From assembly GCA_003167475.1 (NCBI GenBank), contig PMTB01000064.1:1-63982 (forward strand): a DNA stretch of 63,982 bases, in the 5' to 3' direction. How positions within the stretch are numbered: the first letter of the stretch is position 1; each line of letters starts with the position of its first letter. Origin of the DNA: a candidate division FCPU426 bacterium. Lineage in GTDB: Bacteria; Oederibacteriota; PGYV01; Palsa-1178. Below the pieces are notes generated by a model. It made no database searches. It saw only the letters and a program-made list of their open reading frames with translations, and was not told the origin of the DNA. Below, in pieces: positions 61,720 to 63,982 of this stretch. The position numbers were made by a program, and so were the translations under genes.

Positions 61720-62592
61720 ATGAAAAAAGCGTATCTCGCGCTGATTATAACCGTTGCGGCCGCGGTTTCGGGCTGCACCCCGCTCGACAGTGTCAACCCA
61801 ACCGACCCGAAGGCAGGCAATTATGTCGGGATGCATTACATGGGTTCCATAGGGGATTTTGCACTGCTGGAGGATTTTACGGTATTGGGCTCGGATATAT
61901 GGTGCGCCGACAGCGTTAACAACAGGATATATAAATACACGATAAACGGGGACCTTGATTTTTCATTTACCGGCGGCGGACTGACTTCGCCAACGGGCAT
62001 AGGCAACGACGGGACTTTCTTTTATGCGGCCGACAGCGATACCATATTCAGGAACTTAAAAAGATTCGACCCGGCATATGTGTCAAATACCGCGCAGGCG
62101 CAGTTGCCAAACTACTCTTCCATATATTCTTTTGTCAAGTGCGCGGCTTCCACCGCATATGTTTTCGCGGCCACAACCACCGCGGTGTACAGGTTTGACA
62201 GCATAGCGAACTCCCTGACCGCGGCGGTTTCCACATATCCTTTCACGAATATAACGGATGTCAAGTATAACTCCGCCTTAAATGAAGTTGTGGTGGCCGA
62301 TGATGGCGCAAATAATAAAAGGATTGTCAGGCTGGACGCCAATCTTGTTTATGGCGGCAATAAAATCGATTTTATTGAGGATATTTACGGGTTTGGCATA
62401 AAAGGAAACTATATTTTTGTGCCTACAGCCACAGGCATACACCAGCTTTATTACGATACAGGCGTGGAAATAAAAAAATTCGCCGATTACGGCGAAGGTT
62501 CGGGTAAAATAATCTCGGCCGGGACATGCGACACTTATAATGACGAGGTGCTTGTGGGCACCGGTTCGACTATCAAATGTTTCGGGCCGTGA
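61720..62592 (+). CDS. lipoprotein, beta-propeller/NHL-like (module 2, gene b)
   Basis: Lipobox AVSGC, NPTDP motif after the Cys, C-terminus TIKCFGP. Confidence 0.6.
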   Translation: MKKAYLALIITVAAAVSGCTPLDSVNPTDPKAGNYVGMHYMGSIGDFALLEDFTVLGSDIWCADSVNNRIYKYTINGDLDFSFTGGGLTSPTGIGNDGTFFYAADSDTIFRNLKRFDPAYVSNTAQAQLPNYSSIYSFVKCAASTAYVFAATTTAVYRFDSIANSLTAAVSTYPFTNITDVKYNSALNEVVVADDGANNKRIVRLDANLVYGGNKIDFIEDIYGFGIKGNYIFVPTATGIHQLYYDTGVEIKKFADYGEGSGKIISAGTCDTYNDEVLVGTGSTIKCFGP

Positions 62593-62617
62593 CATCCGTA
62601 CACGGCGGAGGAGTTTT

Positions 62618-63364
62618 ATGAGTTTGCACCGTTTTTTTGTAAATAAGATAACGGACAACAAGGCTGTGATACAGGGAGATGATTTTGAGCACGCCATAAA
62701 GGTCCTCAGGCTCAAAGAAGGGGACAATATCGTAATATTCAACTACGAGCACGGCGAGTACTCTGCTGTGATCGGCCCGATTGACGAAACCGGGCGGATC
62801 ATGGAAGTCATTGCCGTCGAACTGCTCAGGGCAAGGGAAAGAAAATCCTCGAAGATCACGGCCATAATCGCGCTTATAAAAAAAGACAAGATGGAATTTA
62901 CCCTGGAAAAACTCACCGAGCTGGGAATAGACAGGATAATACCGCTGATAACAAAAAGGACGGTCATAAAGATAAAAGACGAGGCAAAAAAGGAAAAGCG
63001 CTGGGAAAGCATCATATACTCCGCGGTAAAACAGTGCGGCAGGCTTTCCACGCCGGAGCTGCTGCCGGTTATAGACGGCGTGAAGAATATAAGCGTTGAG
63101 GAAGGCGCGCAGAAATTTTTCATATACGAAAAAGAGGATAAAAAATACCTCATAGACGAGGCTGTCAGGCTTGTCCCCGGCTCTGACGCCTGTTTTATCA
63201 TAGGGCCCGAGGGGGGGTTTGATAAGGACGAGGCTGATGTGATATTAAGCAGGGGTTTTACCGGCGTTTCCATAGGGGACACCATACTACGGGCGGAAAC
63301 AGCCGCTATCGCGGCAGGCACGGTGCTGGTGCAGGCTTTAAGGAGGAGCACATGGAAAAACTGA
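62618..63364 (+). CDS. rsmE: 16S rRNA (uracil1498-N3)-methyltransferase
   Basis: Starts MSLHRFFV. C-terminal SPOUT motif (IGPEGGF...E......G......LG..ILRAETA). GGAGGAG RBS before the ATG at 62618. Confidence 0.88.
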   Translation: MSLHRFFVNKITDNKAVIQGDDFEHAIKVLRLKEGDNIVIFNYEHGEYSAVIGPIDETGRIMEVIAVELLRARERKSSKITAIIALIKKDKMEFTLEKLTELGIDRIIPLITKRTVIKIKDEAKKEKRWESIIYSAVKQCGRLSTPELLPVIDGVKNISVEEGAQKFFIYEKEDKKYLIDEAVRLVPGSDACFIIGPEGGFDKDEADVILSRGFTGVSIGDTILRAETAAIAAGTVLVQALRRSTWKN

Positions 63365-63982
63365 AGGAAAAACTGCTTTCTGCTGCCGTAAAAATAGGCG
63401 CAGAAGCGGACATATATATAGAGGAAAACCGGCGTATAGAAGTTTCCGCGAATGACCGCGCCATAGACAAGGTCGTGGAAGCGGATTCTTTCGGCATAGG
63501 CATCAGGCTTTTTAAGGGATCAAAAATGGGTTTCGGTTTCACCACGCTTAAAGACCAGGATGGCGTTGAAAAATTCGTGGACAAGGTAAAGGACTCCATA
63601 AATATAGAAGGATTTGAGGGATATGCGCTTGAACCGCGGTTCAATACCGGGAAATTAAGCATATCAGATCCGGGGTTTGACAATAAGACCCTTGAAAAAC
63701 GCAAGCAGCGGGCCCTGGATATTGAGGCTGCGGCCGTGGGAGCGGATAAACGCGTGAAATACTCCAGGGACACCACATGCGTTGACCAGAAAATAAGCAT
63801 ACACTACCTGAATACCTCGGGCGCTTCCTATATATACGGCAAGACTTTTTCATACGCTTTTACCACGGCTATAGCCTCGGATAAGGGTGAAGATGTGGCC
63901 GTGGACGCCATGGAAGGCGGTACTTCATGGGATAATATTGATCCGCAGGCGCTTGGGCATGACGCGGGTTTTAGGGCGGCCG
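63352..63982 (+). CDS. TldD/PmbA-family metalloprotease, N-terminal part (runs off the window)
   Basis: My own translation from the ATG at 63352 is open to the end of the window. It reads MEKLKEKLLSAAVKIGAEADIYIEENRRIEVSANDRAIDKVVEADSFGIGIRLFKGSKMGFGFTT, typical of PmbA/TldD N-termini. Absent from the ORF track because no stop is reached. Confidence 0.75.
   Translation, partial: MEKLKEKLLSAAVKIGAEADIYIEENRRIEVSANDRAIDKVVEADSFGIGIRLFKGSKMGFGFTTLKDQDGVEKFVDKVKDSINIEGFEGYALEPRFNTGKLSISDPGFDNKTLEKRKQRALDIEAAAVGADKRVKYSRDTTCVDQKISIHYLNTSGASYIYGKTFSYAFTTAIASDKGEDVAVDAMEGGTSWDNIDPQALGHDAGFRAA

Overview
This window is the replication-origin neighbourhood of a bacterial chromosome, probably from an uncultivated diderm lineage. 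The diderm call rests on a porin, TolB/OmpA-type proteins, LpxL-family acyltransferases and lipoproteins. I found no transposase, integrase, phage gene, CRISPR array, rRNA or tRNA. Recognisable core genes are dnaA-dnaN-gyrA, DUF721(DciA-like)-DUF370-gyrB, ffs-dnaX-ybaB-recR, recF, rsmG, rsmE, a frameshifted queA, efp, accBC, thiC/thiE, a purC-like gene, lepB and hemW. Accessory content falls into five groups. (1) A six-gene inositol-phospholipid / PIM-like cassette at 2.1-7.6 kb. (2) An adenylate cyclase-HAD-Crp string. (3) A histidine-kinase-like protein whose phospho-acceptor His is replaced by Thr, plus a beta-helix/beta-barrel surface protein, both wedged between gyrA and gyrB. (4) A TolB-like propeller fused to an OmpA domain, with a paralogue. 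(5) An HD-GYP / TPR / zf-HC2 region ending in a tandemly duplicated two-gene envelope module. The most unusual signal is non-coding: almost every intergenic gap holds a long hairpin or inverted repeat. These include GTAG-headed REP/REPIN-like doublets with compensatory stem changes. They also include two ~118-nt elements with conserved ends and apical loop but covarying stems (upstream of dnaN and of crp). A third group is four hairpins sharing an AAAATC inner stem and a CAGACC loop, each 2-10 nt upstream of a good -35 hexamer and oriented with the downstream gene. There are also twin 18-bp perfect palindromes upstream of recF. DnaA boxes occur in four AT-rich intergenic regions: both flanks of dnaA, a convergent intergenic region at 12.8 kb, and a 420-bp non-coding island at 48 kb. 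The main gene-strand switch lies at ~53.2 kb, so the true oriC position is ambiguous from sequence alone. All functional calls come from motif recognition in the translated ORFs; no database search was possible.
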